Assembly (NCBI RefSeq): GCF_009914755.1
Contig: NC_060926.1
Length of the DNA: 64,000 nt
Strand: one strand, 5' to 3'
From: the human T2T-CHM13v2.0 reference genome, Homo sapiens
Under the pieces are notes generated by a model. The model was not told the DNA's origin. It ran no database searches and saw only the letters and a program-made list of their open reading frames with translations. Within the stretch, counting starts at the first letter, position 1, and each line of letters opens with the position of its first letter. Position numbers and translations under genes: made by a program. This document shows positions 26,110-40,848 of this stretch, piece by piece.

Positions 26110-27465
26110 TAATCTGAAGACCTTGTCTTTGAGCTCTGAATTTCTTTCTTCTACTTGTTCAGTTCTATTGCTGAGACTTTCCAGAGCATTTTGCATTTCT
26201 AAAAGTGTGTCCAACGTTTCCTGAACTTTTTGTTTTTTCTTTAAGCTATCTATTTCCTTGAATATTTCTTCCTTCACTTCTTGTATCATTTTTTGGATTT
26301 CCTTGCATTGGGCTTTACCTTTCTCTGGTCCCTCCCTGATTAGCTTAATAACTAACCTCCTGAATTCTTTTTCAGGTAAATCAGGGATTTCTTCTTGGTT
26401 TGGATCCATTGCTGGTGAACTAGTGTGATTTTTTTGGTGTGTTGAAGAACCTTGTTTTGTCATATTACCAGGGTTGATTTTCTGGTTCCTTCTCATTTGG
26501 GTAGTCTCTGTCAGAGGGAAGGTCTAGGGCTGAAGGCTGTTGTTCAGATTCTTCTGTCTCACAGGCTGTTCCCTTGATGTAGTACGATCCCCCTTTTCCT
26601 ACGGATGTGGCTTCTTGTGAGCCAAACTGCAATGATTGTTGTCTCTTTTCTGGGTCTAGCCACCCAGCGAGTCTACCTGGCTCTGGGTTAGTACTGGGGG
26701 TTGTCTTTACAGAGTCCTGTGATGTGAACTGTCTATGGGTCTCTCAGCCTTGGATACCAGCGCCTGTTCCAGTGTAGGTGGTGGGAGCGTGGGGGTGGTG
26801 CAATGGACTCCGTGAGGGTTGTTAGCTTTGGTGGTTTAATGCTCTATTTTTGTGCTGGTTGTCCTCCTGTTAAGAGGTGGCGCTTTCCAGAGAGCATCAC
26901 CTGTATTAGTATGGGGAGGAACCAGTGGTGGGTGGGGCCCTAGAACTCCCAAGACTATATGCTCTTTGTCTTCCTCTACAAGGTGGGTAGGGAAGGACCA
27001 TCAGGTGGGGGCAGAGCAAGGCATGTCTGAGTTCAGACTGTCCTTGGGTGGGTCTTGCTGCAGCTGCTGTGGGGGTTGGGGGTGAGATTCCCAGTTCACT
27101 GGAGTTGTGTACCTAGGAGGACTATGGTTGCCTCTGCTGATTCATGCAGGTTGTCAAGGAAGTGGGGGAAAGCTGGCAATCAAAGGCCTCACCCAGCTCC
27201 CATGCAAACCAAAGGGTCGGTCCATTCCCTCTGTGCCCCCACCAAGAGCCCCGGGTCCGTTTCCAGGCAGAGGGCAAGACGAGCTTGAAAACCAGGCTAC
27301 GTGCCTCGTAGCTGTGAAAGAAAAGGGTTTGTGTCTTCCCCTGCCTGTGGAGACTGCACACCAGATTTGTACCCTCCCACAAGTTCTGGCCAGGAGGCTT
27401 CTCACCCCATTCAAATGTTTACAAAGTTCAGCTAGAGATTTCCTTCTATTCTCCCTGTGGAGTTT

Positions 27466-27793
<328 letters not shown>

Positions 27794-28633
27794 CTCCCTG
27801 TGGAGTTTAACCTGGCTCTCTGGCCTCCCTCCCATTGGATCCCTGTGGTTCCAGAGAGGAATGGCCTACTAGGGGACCCAGCAAGCTCCCAGGGCCTTTC
27901 TGCTGCTTCCTCTACCCCTGTATTTTGCTTGGCTTCCCAAATTGACTCAGCTCCAGGCAAAGTCGGAAACTTCTCTCCCAAAGAGACCTTCAGTTTCTCC
28001 AGTGGGGGTGTGTGTTTGGGAGAGAAGAGTCTCCCTTTCCCACTTCCACATTTGGGGCACTCACAGTATTTGGGGGTTCTCCCAGATCCTGCAGGAGCAG
28101 TCTGCTTCCTTTGGAGGGTCTGTGAGTCCTCTTGGGATTGATGATTTGCTCTTGCAGTTGATCTGGAGCTAAAATTCACAATGCGAGCCTCCGCATGCTG
28201 CTCTGTCTGGAGCTACAATCTAGTCCTGCTTCCTGTCCACCATGATCATCTGAGTTTTAGGTATCCTTTCTGCAGAATCGCTTCTGTCATTTCACAGTCA
28301 GGTCATTGCAGCTTGTTGAGACTGTCTTTGAACAAAGATTCTCTACTTCAGAACACCTTTTGGTGCAAAACTTTCAGGATATTAGTTTCAGATTTATTCC
28401 CTTTAACTCTAAGCCACTCAAAATAGTCACCACTGTAGACATTCACAAGTGCTATGGTAGAAGAGCTCTCCTCTCCTTTATCTTGCAAAATATCAATAAA
28501 TGAGCTCCTTCTAGTCTCTTTCTTTCCCTTCCTGAGCAACATAATATTTCCCGAAATCCATTAGGTGGGGCACTGCTAAGTAGATACCCATGCCAGGGAG
28601 GATAATGTGAGAGTAGGAATCATTGTTGCCCAG

Positions 28634-28984
28634 TATATTAGTCCATTCTTGCATTACTATAAAGAAATACCTAAGGCTGGGTAATTTATTAAGAAAAGAG
28701 GTTTAATTGACTCACAGTTCTGCAGACTTTACAAGCATGTGCTAGCCTCTGCTCAGCTTCTGGGGAGGCCCCAGGGAGCATAGCAGGAGGTGAAGCAGGA
28801 GCAGGCACATCACATGGTCAAGCAGGTGTAATGCAAAGAGAGGTGTCATACTATCACAAGGACATAACCAAGCTATGAAAAATCGGCCCCCATGACCCAA
28901 ACACCTGCCACCAGGCTCCCCTTCCAGCATTGGTGATTACAATTCATCATGAGATTTAGAGGGGACAACAACCAAACTATATCA
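28634..28984. mobile_element. MaLR solo LTR (MST family)
   Basis: tattagtccattcttgcattactataaagaaatacc...gagatttagaggggac...caaactatatca. Confidence 0.85.
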
Positions 28985-29029
28985 CCGAAGGCAGGGTGTC
29001 AGGATCTAAGCAGGCAAGGAGGGTGTCCG

Positions 29030-30545
29030 TATGGTAAGGAGAGGGCCATGGCTAGGGTGGGCAAGCAGAGCCTGAGTGTGGTAAGGGAGGGCATCCACAC
29101 AGGGGAAGGGGCGATGGTGGCCATGGGAAATTGGTGGCATGCAGGATGACTGAGCAAATAAATAAATATATGAAGGATAACAGGAGCCTGGTTTCTCACT
29201 GTCAGAGAAAGGAGTTACAAATATGGAAAATGAGAAACTAAAATGAACCCTAGTATTAAATTTAAATTGAATGGGCTGAGCACAGTTGTTCACACCTATA
29301 ATCCCAGCACTTTGGGAGGGCAAGGCAGGAGGATGACTTGAACCCAGCAGTTTGAGACCAACCTAGGCAACACAGTGAGACCCTATCTCAGTAAATAAAA
29401 AAGAAAAAAGAAATAAGTAAATTGAAGATCCTGGTGTAAGCTGAGGTTTTCATTAGATAGATAGACATGAGATGTATATAATAAATTGATAAGTTAAATA
29501 CATTATGCAGCATATTTCCATCTATGTCTTTCTATTTCTACATATATTGGTGCATATGTATATGCATACACATATTCCCTAGCTCTGTCCACTGAGAAGG
29601 CCTAGGGCAGACCTCCTCCAATAGCAATGAGCACATATTGAGCTCAGATCCTGGCTTCTGAATACTATTCTCTTATAAAAGGAATCATTGCTACTTGAAG
29701 AAACGGCTGATTGCAGGATCAGGGCAGGAAAATTATAAGATCAACCTGGAATATCTTGTGCCCAGCAGTAGGAAGTACTCAACGCATAACAAGAGCATAT
29801 CTATAGGACACAGAAGTCAGTGTGAGGCAATCCTCTGGGCAAATCAGGAACAATCTGAGCATCAAAATGAAAAATAATAGTAATGGATTACTACCCACTG
29901 AATTGAATAGGATGCCAAGTCCATGCTGATATAAATAAAATAAATGAATAAATTGAACATTTGATGAGAAATGGAATATTTACATAGTTCCCAAGTATCT
30001 CTCAACAAAATTCTTAGTAAGTGCAAAGGGAAAAGAGTAGCTACAGTGGAAAAGCTTGGCAGAAGCCACCCTAGTCAAGTGATCCGAGTGGGCAGAAACA
30101 GTGTTAGGACAAAACAAAATCATGGGCCACCTGATGGGAGGCAACAAGAAGAACACAGCAACACTTTAGTGCTATTTCTGACAAGGATGAATCCAACCTG
30201 AATGACAGCTGGAATCCAACCATAAGGATGCATCAACTAAACTGTAAACTCAGGGACATTCCACTAAATAACTAGCGTGTAATCTAGTGTTAAGATCATT
30301 AAAATAAAGGAAAGACTGAGGAAGTGTTCCAAGCTGGAAGGGACTAAAGAAGCATGACAACCAAATAACTCATGATTCTGAACTGGCTCCTTTTTCTATA
30401 AAGAACATTAATAGGATAGTTGGCAAAACTTGATCAGGGGCTTACAGATTATATGGCAACAATGTACCAATGTCCGTTTCCTGATTGTGCTGGCTGTTCT
30501 GTGGTTATCTAGAAAAATATCCTGGTTTATAGAAAATACAAAAAA
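29030..30545 (+). mobile_element. Old L1 (L1MC/MD-type) 3' region, interrupted by an Alu monomer and by the next L1; resumes at ~36600-36710
   Basis: Degenerate L1M 3' UTR motifs (agctctgtccactgagaaggcctag, gaaagactgaggaagtgttcc, acttgcaactttt). Confidence 0.6.
29273..29415 (+). mobile_element. Alu left monomer / FLAM
   Basis: ggctgagcacag...aatcccagcactttgggagg...gagaccctatctc plus A-rich tail; TSD-like taaattgaa. Confidence 0.85.
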
Positions 30546-30555
30546 GGATTCAGGA

Positions 30556-33500
30556 GGAAGAGGAGGCAGGGCAAGATGGCTGAATAGAACCATCCAGCAA
30601 TCATGCCTCCCTTAGGAACATCAAATTGAACGACTGTTTAACAAGAAACATTCAATAGGAACCGAAAAAAAAAAAAAAAGAGATGAGCGATCACAGTACC
30701 TGGTTTTAACATAATAACAAGGAACGACACATTGAAGAGTGTAGGAAGGACAGTCTTTCATTGCCTACACCACCCTTGCCCCAACCCCAGGCAGTGCAGT
30801 GCAGAGAGAATCTGTATGTTTGGGGGAAGGACAGCAAGGTGATTGTAGGAATTTGCATTGAAACTCCATGTTGCACTGTCATGAAGAAACACAACACTGG
30901 GCAGAAGTCCACCAGTGCCCATGGAGGAAGCATTTAGACCAGCACTCGGCCAGAGGGAAATCCTCTGCCCCAGAAGGAGGAAACCGAGTCCTAACTAGCT
31001 TCACCACCAACTGACTAAAGTGGCCTGGGGCTCCAAATAAATTTAAGTGACAGTCATGCCAAAAGAACTGAAGTTCTTGGGCAAACCCTGGTGCTTCACT
31101 ATTCTTGGAGGCTGTGGGTTTGCGGCGCCACCCTGTGCAACACCAGCTGCAGTGACCAGGGAAGTTCCTGCCTCAACCCTCCCCTAACTCCAGGCAGTGG
31201 AGGATGGAGAGAGACTCCTCCTGCTTAGGGGAAGGAGAGAGAAGATTACAGAGGACTTTGTTTTGTAACTGAGTACCAGCTCAGCCACAGTAAAGCACTG
31301 GTGGAATCCTGAAGCCTCCTACCCCAGGCCTTTGCTCCCAGAGCATTTCTAGGCTTACCTCAGGCCAGAAGGGAATCTGCTGTCCAGGTGGGATGGACTG
31401 AGGTCCAACAGGATTCACAACCTGCTGACTAAAATTGCCTTGGATCTTGAATAAACATCAGCAACAGCCAGGCAGTAGCAGGTATGGGCCTTGGATGAGC
31501 CTCAGTACTGTGCTGTTCTAGGAGAAAGTGGGCTTCAGGCACAACCCAGAGTGGTGCTAACTATGGTAGCTACAGAAGCGCCTGTGTCAACTTTCCCTAA
31601 ATTCCAAGCAGTCCAGCATAGAGAGAGACTCCTTCTTGGGGCAAAGAGAGGGAAGAGAGTGATGGACTTTGCCTGGGAACCCAGGGAATTTTCTAACTTC
31701 CCCAAGTCCACCAAGGCTGTGTGAGTCTGCAAGAGTTGCAGCATACCTGGGCTTAGGGTGTCCTCTAGTGCTAAACGGGCTGAAATGCTGAAGTGATCAC
31801 AGGCTTAGGTAAAAACACTCAATCCCCTTTGAATTCTTGGAAAGCCTTCTCACAAAGAATGAATACAAACAAGGCCAGCCTGCAAAGACTGGAATAAACA
31901 CCTAACTCGTCAATGCTCAGACGTTGACGAATGTCCACAAGCATCAGGAACATCCAGGAAAATGTGACATCATCAAACAATCTGAACAAGGCACCAGTTA
32001 TCAATCCTGGAGTGACAGATATGTAACCTCTGAGACAGTGAATTCAAAATGGAGGTCTTGATGAAGCTCAATTAGCTTCAAGTTAACAGAGAAAAAGCTC
32101 AGAGTTCTATCAGAGAAATTTAACAAGGAGATTGAAATAATTTTTAAAATCAAACAGGAATCCTGGAGCTAAAAAATTCAATTGACCAACTGCAAAGTGC
32201 ATCAGAGTGTCTCAACAGCAGAACTGATCAAGCAGAAGAAATAATTGGTGAGCTTGAAGACAGGCTATTTGAAAATATGCAGTCAGAGAAGAAAAATGAA
32301 TTAAAATACATCTACGAGATCTACAAAATAACCTCAAAATGAAATATCAAGATTTGTTGGCCTCAAAGAGGATGTAGGCAGAATGTAAGATGTAAGAGAT
32401 AAAGGCAGAAAGTTATTCAACGAAATAGTAACAGAGAAGTTTCCAAATAAACATATGGAAAAAAACATTCCGTGCAAATGAAATCCCACCTGCCCACCCC
32501 CCCCAAAAAAAGAAAAGAAAATAGCAGGAGTAACTATGGTTATCTCAGATAAAACAGATTTTACGATAACTATGGTAATCTCAGATAAAAGAGATTTTAA
32601 GGAAAAACTGTGAAAGAAAGCTATTATATAATGGTAAAGGAATCAATTCAGCAAGAAGATATAACAATTGTAAACATATAGGCACCTGATGCTGGAGCAT
32701 ACAGATATAGAAACCAAATATTATTAGAGCTAAAGAGAGAGATAGACCCCAATACAATAATGGTTGGGGACTTCAACACCCCACTTTCAGCATTGGACAG
32801 ATCATCTAGACAGAAAATCAACAAAGAAATATTGGACTTAATCTGTACTATAGACCAAATGTTCCTAACAAACATTTATATAACATTTCATTCAACAGCT
32901 GCAGAATACACATTCTTCTCCTCAGGACATGGAACAGTCTCAAAAATAGATCATATGTTAAGCCACAATACAAGTCTCAAAATTTTTTTTAAAAATTGGA
33001 ATCATATCAAGTATCTTTTCTAACCACAAAGAAATAAAACTAGAAATCCATAACAACAGGAATCTTGGAAACTATACTAATATGAAATTAAACAACATGC
33101 TCCTGAATGATCAATGGGTCAATGCAGAAATTAAGAAGGACATTTTAAAATTTCTTAAAACAATGAAAGTGGAAATAAAACATCCCCCAATCTATGGGAT
33201 ACAGCAAAAGCAGTACTAAGAAAGAAGTTTATAGTACCTATATCAAAAAAGTAGATAATAAGTACCTATATCAAAAAAGGAGAAAGTTTAAATAAACAAC
33301 CTAATGATGAACCTCAAGGAACTAGAAAAGCAAGAACAAATCAAACCCAAAGTTAGTAAGAGGAAAGAAATAATAAAGGTCAGAGCAGAAATAAATAAAA
33401 TTGAGACTAAAAAATCAATACAGAAGATCAATGAAATAAAAAGTTGGTATTTGGAAAAAAATAAACAAAATTGACAAACATTTAGTAAGCAAAGAAAAAA

Positions 33501-34668
33501 GAGAGAAGATCTAAATAAATAAAATCAGAAATTTAAAAAAAAGGAAACACCAACTGAAACCATAGAAATACAAAGAATCATTAGAGACTATTATGAACAA
33601 GTGTACACCAAGGAACTGGAAAATCTAGAAGAAATGCATAAATTCCTAGACACATAAAACCTAACAATATTGAACCATGAAGAAATACAAAGCCTGAAAA
33701 AACCAATAACAAGTAATGAGCTAGAAACAGTAATAAAAACTCTCCCATCAAAGAAAAACCCAGGACAGGATGGATTCACAGCTGCATTCTACCAAATATT
33801 TAAAGAATTAATAACAAACCTACTCAAACAATTCCTAAAAAACCAAGGAGGACAGAACACTTCCAAATTCAGTCTATAAGGCCAGCATTACCCTGATACC
33901 AAAACCACACAAAGACACAACAAAAGAAAAAGAAAACTATATGTCAATATCTCTGATGAACATAGATGTAAAAATCCTCAATAAAATACTCGGAAACCAA
34001 ATTCAATGTCAATATCTCTGATTAACATTGATGTAAAAATCCTCAATAAAATACTAGGAAATCAAATTCAACAACACAATAAAAAGATGGGGTGCAAAGA
34101 TCGTTCAACATGTGCAAATCAGTAAACATGATATATTAACAGAATGAAGGACAAAAACGACATGATCATTTTAATAGATATCAAAATGGCATTTAATAAA
34201 ATTCAGCATCCCTTCATGATAAAAATTATCTCAACAAACTGGGTGTAAAAGTAACATATCTCAACATAATAAAGACCATATACAAGAAACCCACAGCTGG
34301 CATCATACTTAATGGGAAAAACTGAAATATTTTTCTCTAAGATATAGACAAGACAAGGATGCCCACTTTTACCACTTTTCTTGAACACAGAATGGAAAGC
34401 CCTAGTGAGAGCAATTAAACAAGAAGAGGAAATAAAGGGCATCGAAATTAGGAAGGAAGAATTCAAATTATTCTTGTTTGCACATGATATAATCTTATAT
34501 TTAGAAAAACCTAAAGACTCAACTAAATAAACCATTAGAACTGATAAATAAATTCAGTAAAGCTGCAGGACACAAAAAAGACAAAAAATCAATAGCATTT
34601 CTATATGCCAACAGCAAACAATCTGAAAAAGAAACCAAGAAAGCAATCCTATTAACAATAGCTGCAAA

Positions 34669-34699
<31 letters not shown>

Positions 34700-36597
34700 C
34701 AAACAAACAACAAACCTAGAAATAAACTTAACCAAAGCAGTGGAAGATCTCTACAGTGAAAACTGTAAAACATTGATGAAAGTTATTAAAAAGGACACAC
34801 AAAAACAGAAAGACAGCCCCCATGTTCATGGATTAGAACAATCAATATTGTTAAAATGTCCATAGTACCCAAAGTGATCGGCAGATTCAATACAATCCCT
34901 ATCAAAATGCCAATGACATTCGTCATGAAAATAGAAAAAAAAAATCCTAAAATTTGTATGGAACTACAAAAGACCCTGAGTAGACAAAGTAATCCTGAGC
35001 AAAAAGAACAAAGTTGGAGGCATCACATTACCTGACTTCAAATTATGCTACAAAGCTACAGTAACAAAACCAGCATGGTACTGGCATAAAAGCAGACACA
35101 TAGACCAATGGAACAGAACAGAGAACCCAGAAATAATCTACACATTTACATACAAACAAACAAGTTTGTTTTTGATAAAGGCACCAAGAACATGCATTGG
35201 GGAAAGGAGAGTCTCTTCTGCAAATAGTATTGGAAAAATTGGATATCAATGCGCAGAAGAATGAAACTAGATTCTCATCTCTTACTATGTATGAAAATCA
35301 AACCAAAATGGATTAAATACTTAATGTAAGACCTGAAACTATGAAACTACTAGAAGGAAACATCAGGGAAATACTTCAGGACATTGATCTGGGTAACGAT
35401 TTTTTGAGTAAGAACTCAAAAGCACAGACAACTAAAGCAAAAAATGGACAAATGGGATCACAACAAGCTAAAAAGTTTCTGCACAGCAAAAGAAACAATC
35501 AACAAAGAAGCAGCCTACCGAATGGGAGAAAATATTTGCAAACTATTTAACTGACAAGGGATTAATAACCAGATATATAAGAAACCCAAACAACTCAATA
35601 GCAAAAAATAAAATAATCTGATTAAAAACAGGCAAAATATCTGAATAGACATTTCTTAAAAAGAAGACTTACAAATGGCCGAGAGGTATATGAAAAAATG
35701 TTTAACATTACTAATCATCAGAAAAATGCAATTCAAAACCACATGAGATATAATCTCACTCCAGTTAAAATGCCTTTTATAAAAAATAAATAAATAAAGA
35801 TTCTGACAAGGATGCCAAGAAATGGGAATACTCATACACTGTTGGTGGGAATGTGAATTAATACAGTATAAAAACAGTATGGAGCTTCCTCAAGAAACTA
35901 AAATGAGAGCTCCCATATGATCCAACAGTCCCACTGTTGGGTATATATTGAAAAGAAACGAAATCAGTATATTGAAGAGATATCTGCACTCCCATGTTTA
36001 TTGTAGCAGTATTCACAATAGCCAAGGTATGGAATTAATCTAAGGGTGCGTCAGTGGATGACTGGATCAAGAAAATGTAGCACATACACCCAGTGGAATA
36101 TTATTCCACCATAAAAAAGAATGAAATCCTGTTATTTGTAACAACATGAATGGAACAGGAGGACATCTTAAGTAAAATAAGCCAGACATAGAAAGAAATA
36201 TCACATGTTCTCACTCATAGTTAGGATCTAAAAAAAAATTGATCTTGTGGAAGTAGGGAGTAGAATGATGGCTACCAGAGGCTGGGAAGGGTAGTGGACA
36301 GGTGAAGATAAAAAGGGGTTCAGTAATAGGAACAAAAATGCAGTTAAATAGTAGAAATAAGATCTAGAGTTCAATAGCATATTAGGGAGGGTACAGTTAA
36401 CAATAATTTATTGTATATTTCAAAATAACTAGAGGAATAGATTTGGAATGTTCCCAGTATAGGGAAATAATAAATTCTTGAGGTAATGGATATCCCAGTT
36501 ACCCTGATTCAATGGTTACACATTGCATACATGTGTCAAAATATCACATGTTCCTCATAAATATGTACAACTATTATGTATTTATAAAAATTAAAAA
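30556..36597 (+). mobile_element. Near full-length old L1 (L1MA-type), sense, with an internal deletion and tandem duplications
   Basis: Starts ggcaagatggctgaatag; ORF2 remnants (MVGDFNTPLS 32760, MNHEEI 33670, MKLLEGN 35341); L1MA-type 3' UTR and A-tail; degenerate TSD ending attcagga at 30548-30555 and 36599-36606. Confidence 0.88.
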
Positions 36598-36838
36598 TAT
36601 TCAGGAATAATGGCTGTCAAAATGCCAATTTATACTCACAAGGGTAAGGAAAATAAAGCTCTTCTACTTGCAACTTTTGTATAACTTTGTAATTGTGTCA
36701 AAACAAAAATAAATTATACATAATTATTATGGAACTGGTGCCCATTTGTTTACAAAATGTACAATATATTCTACTTCATATATTATTTCTTCCAATACAT
36801 TGTTCCTACCAAATGAGACCATTAGAAAGGAATGTTAA

Positions 36839-37120
<282 letters not shown>

Positions 37121-37448
37121 AGAATGTTACTTTATTTGATCAAAATTGCATTTTTACTTTGAACAATAAAAGCCCCTACTTAGTGATTATTCCAGCACTT
37201 ATCTTTCTTAACTAAGTAATGAGAAGTGATGACACTAAATTTACCAGCAAGCTGTTTAGTTTCTAAAATTAAATACCCTAACGGAAGCTAACTACCTCTG
37301 CTGCTCAGTTTTTGACTTAATTCAGTGAGCAAATTGGAGTAGACTTCCTGGTCAGGTGACATCATTGATATGAGAACAAGTTGGAACTGTTACTGGCCCC
37401 CCTGAGAATCTTTTTCTCTATGGCAGTTGATGCTGAAAATCTGTGGGG

Positions 37449-37472
37449 TGCGTGTGCGTGTGTGTGTGTGTG
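37449..37472. repeat. (TG)n / (TGCG) microsatellite
   Basis: Direct inspection. Confidence 0.85.
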
Positions 37473-37557
37473 CAGGGTGGTTGTACAGGAGGAAGGGGTG
37501 GTATGGGGGCCCAGCAAGGGCAGGCATTTGCTAATGCATTCTAGCTCTCACCTTCTC

Positions 37558-37717
37558 AAAAAAAATTTTTTTTATAATTTTTTTTTAAAATTTTTTAAAA
37601 ATTTTTTATAATTTTTATGAGATCTGAATTCCCAAATGCAAGATACAGAGCAGCTCTCAAACTTTTATAATGAGATTTGAATTCCCAAATGCAAGATACA
37701 GAGCAGCTCTCAAACTT
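37558..37717 (+). repeat. Pure A/T tract followed by a 48-bp direct repeat (period 53)
   Basis: atgagat(c/t)tgaattcccaaatgcaagatacagagcagctctcaaactt at 37617-37664 and 37670-37717. Confidence 0.93.
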
Positions 37718-39914
37718 AAGTTCTGAGTTTTCTAATCCAATAATATAATTTCATAATACTAACTTTGATAATACAACTGTATAGAATGACTCAGCATCAA
37801 TTATTGAATCAGAATTTGAGTAAGCTGCAAAATTTATCTAAGTTTCCTCACACTTAAATTAATAACCATAATAATGATAATTCAATGAGATAAGATAAGA
37901 GGCTAGCATGGGGTTAGATTCATAGGAAACGGTCAATAAATTGTGACTCATGATTATTTGGTTTGAAAGGAGGCACAGAAACAATAGCTATGTGGCCTTC
38001 AATAAACTATATAACCTCTCTGATTCTCTTTTTTAATGCACAACTCATATTTAATATTCTATCCAAGGTCATTCTCCTCTCCTGCTGGAGGCTAACTTGA
38101 TCACCTTAATAGCTTGGGGTTGAGGGTGCGACAGAATGGTCTATCTCATCATCGCCTTCCCCTCTGTTGTCCTGGGTTAGCTGCTCATAAGGAGGGCAGT
38201 GTTAGACATGAGGGAGGCAGGTGACTCAGATGCATGCCTTCAATGAATGGAGCTAGGCAACAAGGTATGGACCAGACACTGAATCAAGCCAGACAGAGTC
38301 AAAGGGAGTATTTGAGATGAAAGGTGTCAAGTACGTGTTGTGCAGGGCCTCGGAGTGATTCCTACATTAAGAAAGTAGCTGTGGAAACTTTACCCATCCC
38401 AATTCCAGCTCCTGAAGGTGGGGCTGGCAGGGGACTTAGAGAAGCAGCCATGGGTAGATACCATGGGTGGCTGCTGAGGGGAGGCACAGAGCTTTCCCCA
38501 GCGGAAGTAGGCTTTGATAAACTCTGGAGTGCTTCTAAGGAGCTGGTAATTTTATCTCTGGAGGTCCAGGACCTCTTCAGTCATACACCTGAGTCCGTTT
38601 TGGATCATTGAGGTGGTTTTCTGAGGGATGGTGTGGAGAGTCGGATGGGGTGACCTCTGAGCTTCAGTGCATCACAAGCAGCGGCCTTCTAACCTCAGAT
38701 CTGAGGTCTTCTTCTTCAAGGCACAATTTATGCAGAGCTGCTTCCTGAAGGGTGGAAATAAACATCCCTCCAGCGACCCCACGCCACCATACTGGTACAG
38801 GTGAATCCAGGTTCTGTGTGTTTAAAAGGAAAAGAATTCACAAAAGACAAAAGAGCGTGTACAAGTATGTGGAATGGGTGAAGGAAGCTTCTCCCCTGCT
38901 CATCTGTGAGCCTGTGTGTGTGTATATGCAAACCTCTGATCTGTGTGCAGCCACTTCTCCCTCCCCTCCGCAGGTGTCCCTGAGTCACAGCCCTTCCTTC
39001 TCAAAGAATTGCCCCAATTTGCCTTATAAGGCAACACTGAGGCTTCTAATTTCTCTTCAAGCTAACGGAAGTAAAATAGCAGGTGCCAAGAGGCGTGGCC
39101 CAGGGTCACATTGCCAGAGTGACTCAGCAAGAATCATTTTGGAAAGCAAGCCCCAGTGTGGCTGCTCATTCTTCAGCAGCCTTTCCTTGATAGATACCGG
39201 AGGTTTGCCCTGTGCTGCCTGCTGCTCCCTGGAGCTGCCTGGCAATTGTCCCCAACTTGCTTGCCTGCTCTGCCCATGCCCTGGAGTCAACAGACAATAA
39301 TACCCTGCCCCTTGGAGAACCTTCAGGAGGCTCCTTGTGGGTGTCCCAGTAGGAGCCAGGAGAGGTGTGGTGGGCATGCCCTTGACATCTCATCCATCAA
39401 CCCACCAAACTATTCCCAGAAGGCCCAGCCTGCTTCGGAAGACCCATCAGCTAGCTCAACCCCAGGCACCTCATTCTGGAAACAATAACCTTGTTTGCCT
39501 CCATTTCCCCACCTCTGACTAATGAAAATTATTACCCCAGCGAAGGGGATGGACTGGAGGGGAAAACTGGGGTCCTGGATACCAGTCAGAAGTGAGATGG
39601 AGATGATATTGGGAGGAGAGGAAAGATAGATGTGAGATACACCATGAAGGACAATGACAAGGCTTGATGACTAACTACACAGAGATGACAGGCACATGGA
39701 GGCTGAGGCCAGGATTCTGAACATGGGGATAATGGTCCTGCACCCATTTTCCAGCCATTGCTTTGGATTTCATTTCCACTTGTTTTTTATTCCTTTTGGA
39801 TAGCGTAGAAAAGAGTAACCTTGATACAAGAGGACATGGGCTCTGTGTCCTCCTTGTAGAGAAGTCGTCCCACTTCCAAGGGCTTCACTTTGTCATCTAT
39901 AAAATGGGGAGAGA

Positions 39915-40251
<337 letters not shown>

Positions 40252-40704
40252 TCATTTATCCAAAGAAAATAATGAAAATGAAATGTTTGTAAGCTAGGCC
40301 AAATAAGTGCAAGATATTATATGTAGAGAATTGCAGCCTCATTCTGTCTAGCAAACTCACTCTTTCCCTTGTACCTCGTACCAGGTCTCAAGAAACACCA
40401 AAAAGGGCCTGAGGGTCACCTTCCTTGCTCCTACACCCACCTTGTGGCCACTTTGTGAATGGCATGCTACAGGGATAGTAAGCAGAAACAAAGAGAAAGA
40501 AAAGACTTGGCAAAATTACAAATAGAAAATGATTTGTTGGTTATCCCCCAATTTAGTTAATAAGTCAATGCATTGCCAGTCAAAAGCCCTTGATAAGATG
40601 GTTCTAAAATTCATATGGAAAAATAAATGAGCAAGAATAAACAAGACAAATTTGAAAAATAAGAAAGAGGGAGAGAATAATAATATTGGAAAGCTGCAGT
40701 TATA

Positions 40705-40848
40705 GGCCTGGTGTGGTGGCTCACACCTGTAATCTCAGCACTTTGGGAGGCCAAGGTGGGAGGATTGTTTGACCCCAGGAATTTGAGATCAGGGTGAGCA
40801 ACATAGTGAGACTGCGTCTCTATTTTTAAGAAGAAAAGAAAAAAGAAA
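40705..40848 (+). mobile_element. Alu left monomer / FLAM within an old L1 fragment
   Basis: ggcctggtgtggtggctcacacc...gagactgcgtctcta plus A-rich tail. Confidence 0.85.

Noticed and set aside
38752-39300. 182-aa ORF in unique sequence
   Set aside because: Non-ATG start, no recognisable domain, no convincing splice structure; the region is better explained as regulatory.
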